The translations under genes were made by a program, and so were the position numbers. From NCBI RefSeq assembly GCF_018350175.1, contig NC_058368.1, positions 200,138,001 to 200,202,000 on the forward strand: DNA of 64,000 nucleotides. The letters run 5' to 3'. Source of the DNA: Felis catus. Taxonomy: Eukaryota. The notes beneath the pieces are model-generated. The model did no database searches and was not told where the DNA came from. It saw only the letters and a list, made by a program, of their open reading frames with translations. Positions 62,402 to 64,000 of the stretch are shown in pieces. Numbering within the stretch: the first letter of the stretch is position 1; every line of letters starts with the position of its first letter.

Positions 62402-64000
62402 ATATAGCTTCCTATAATGACATTATTTCTTACATGTCTTTTGTTTATTTTGTTTTGCAAACATTTCTGTGACTGTAAACCATACAGATTTAACAGACTA
62501 TCAGACAAGTGTTTATAATTTCACACTGCTTTATTCTTACAGATTATACCAATTATTGGAGAAAGTTAAATTTTCCCAGGTGGCATTATATTTCACCTTT
62601 AAGATGAGCTACAATTAATCTATAAATATCTGTTTTCCTTTTTCTCTTTGCTATTTATCAAGGAAGCATAGATTTAATCAGAATTATAGGCATTATTAAT
62701 GCTTATGCTTATAATTATTAAATTAAAGCAGAAACTTAGCACTAAGTATATAATAATTTGTATTTGAAATAATAAAACTCTATGAAATGAAATGCAAATA
62801 TTTAGGTAGGTATATTTTATTCAATCTATTTATAAAGACATCCTTATGTTTTAATGAAAATTCTGAATTAATAACTCTTTTAGAATAAAAGTAAGATTTT
62901 AGAATATATAAACTTTCATAGTATCTCAGGACATTTTATTATCTTCATATTCCCCAATTCTCTTAAGCAGTGTTAAGACATTTCAGAAGGGCAACTGTAC
63001 TCTATTTGCTTTCATTTGAAAACAAGAAGAAACAACAACAAAATAATAAAGCCATCACTGTGAAGGATGGGGAAAAGATATTTCTAAATATTAAAAACCA
63101 TATATCATAAGTCTGGTAAGGCTAGAAACAGTCCCTGTAAAGTTGCCACACTGGGAATTACATCCTACTAGATCCAGAAATTCATGTGAGTACAGCTCAC
63201 TATAACACAAGTGCTATTATAATGTTACAGCGGAAAATCGACTTTCTCCTGCCCAAGGCTGTCATAAGTGCTTAAACCTTTGAACAGAGTGACAGTTTTA
63301 AACCCCTTAAGGAAACTAGAATTGATAGTAAAATAGCTGATGGCTACCTCCCCACCCTGGCCTTTGATTCTTACCTTCCTATTATGCTAACCCCTTCAGC
63401 ATGACTGAAGAGAAACCAAGCATATGCTACACAGTGTGATCAAGTGGTAGTCCTTTAGAAACTCTGTGTAGAAAGTTACAGACTAATGTTAAGCTTTCTT
63501 TCACTCTTCCATTGGCACCAAATAGACATACTCCTAGTCCAAACTTGGAATTTGTCCAGATAAAAAAAAACCTGTAATGCTATCCAATATGGCAAATGTC
63601 ACCCTTATTCTGCATTCTCTTCTCTATAAAGGAAATATTTCATCCTTGATAAGAAATGTTACAGAAAATTAAAAATCTGATCATTTTATCCTTTGTTAAA
63701 TGTTGGCAAAAAATTTTAAATGTTTTGATTGACACACTGTAGAGAGTTATAATGTATATATGAAACTTTCTAAAATCCTATTTTTGAATTAAGTTATATT
63801 TTAGAATTTGCATGGCTTCAATTCACTAGTATGTTAACATTGGTGTAGTTCAGCCAAATAAACTTCATATAACTGGAAATGGCCTTCTTGGCCTTCACCC
63901 AGTACTGAATGGAATTTATTTGCTTAGAAATTAGTTATTCAGATCATGTTGCACAATTGGCTATTATATCAGAAGAGGCTATACCATGTTGTTGTCTTAA

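Overview
AT-rich mammalian genomic DNA, almost certainly from a cat (Felidae). It carries 17 tRNA-derived Can-SINEs, two of them near-consensus young SINEC_Fc copies, plus carnivore/felid L1 3' fragments. It reads as a large intron or gene desert: I see no CpG island, no recognisable protein-coding gene and no RNA gene. The ORFs I can recognise are decayed L1 ORF2, hAT transposase or SINE read-through, and the rest look like chance frames. Other repeats are L2/MIR relics, MaLR/ERVL LTRs (MLT1, MLT2, LTR33-like), DNA transposons (MER3, Charlie1, Tigger2) and microsatellites. I cannot support a new biological system. The best observations are mutational or structural: a patchwork templated-insertion-like scar at 30.77-30.87 kb apparently copied from about 1 kb downstream; a twin-primed inverted L1 containing a newly formed perfect hairpin; a three-level nested transposon; a head-to-head SINE pair; and a few weak exon and enhancer candidates in repeat-poor stretches. 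Repeat subfamily names are recalled from consensus sequences by eye and need RepeatMasker/Dfam confirmation.
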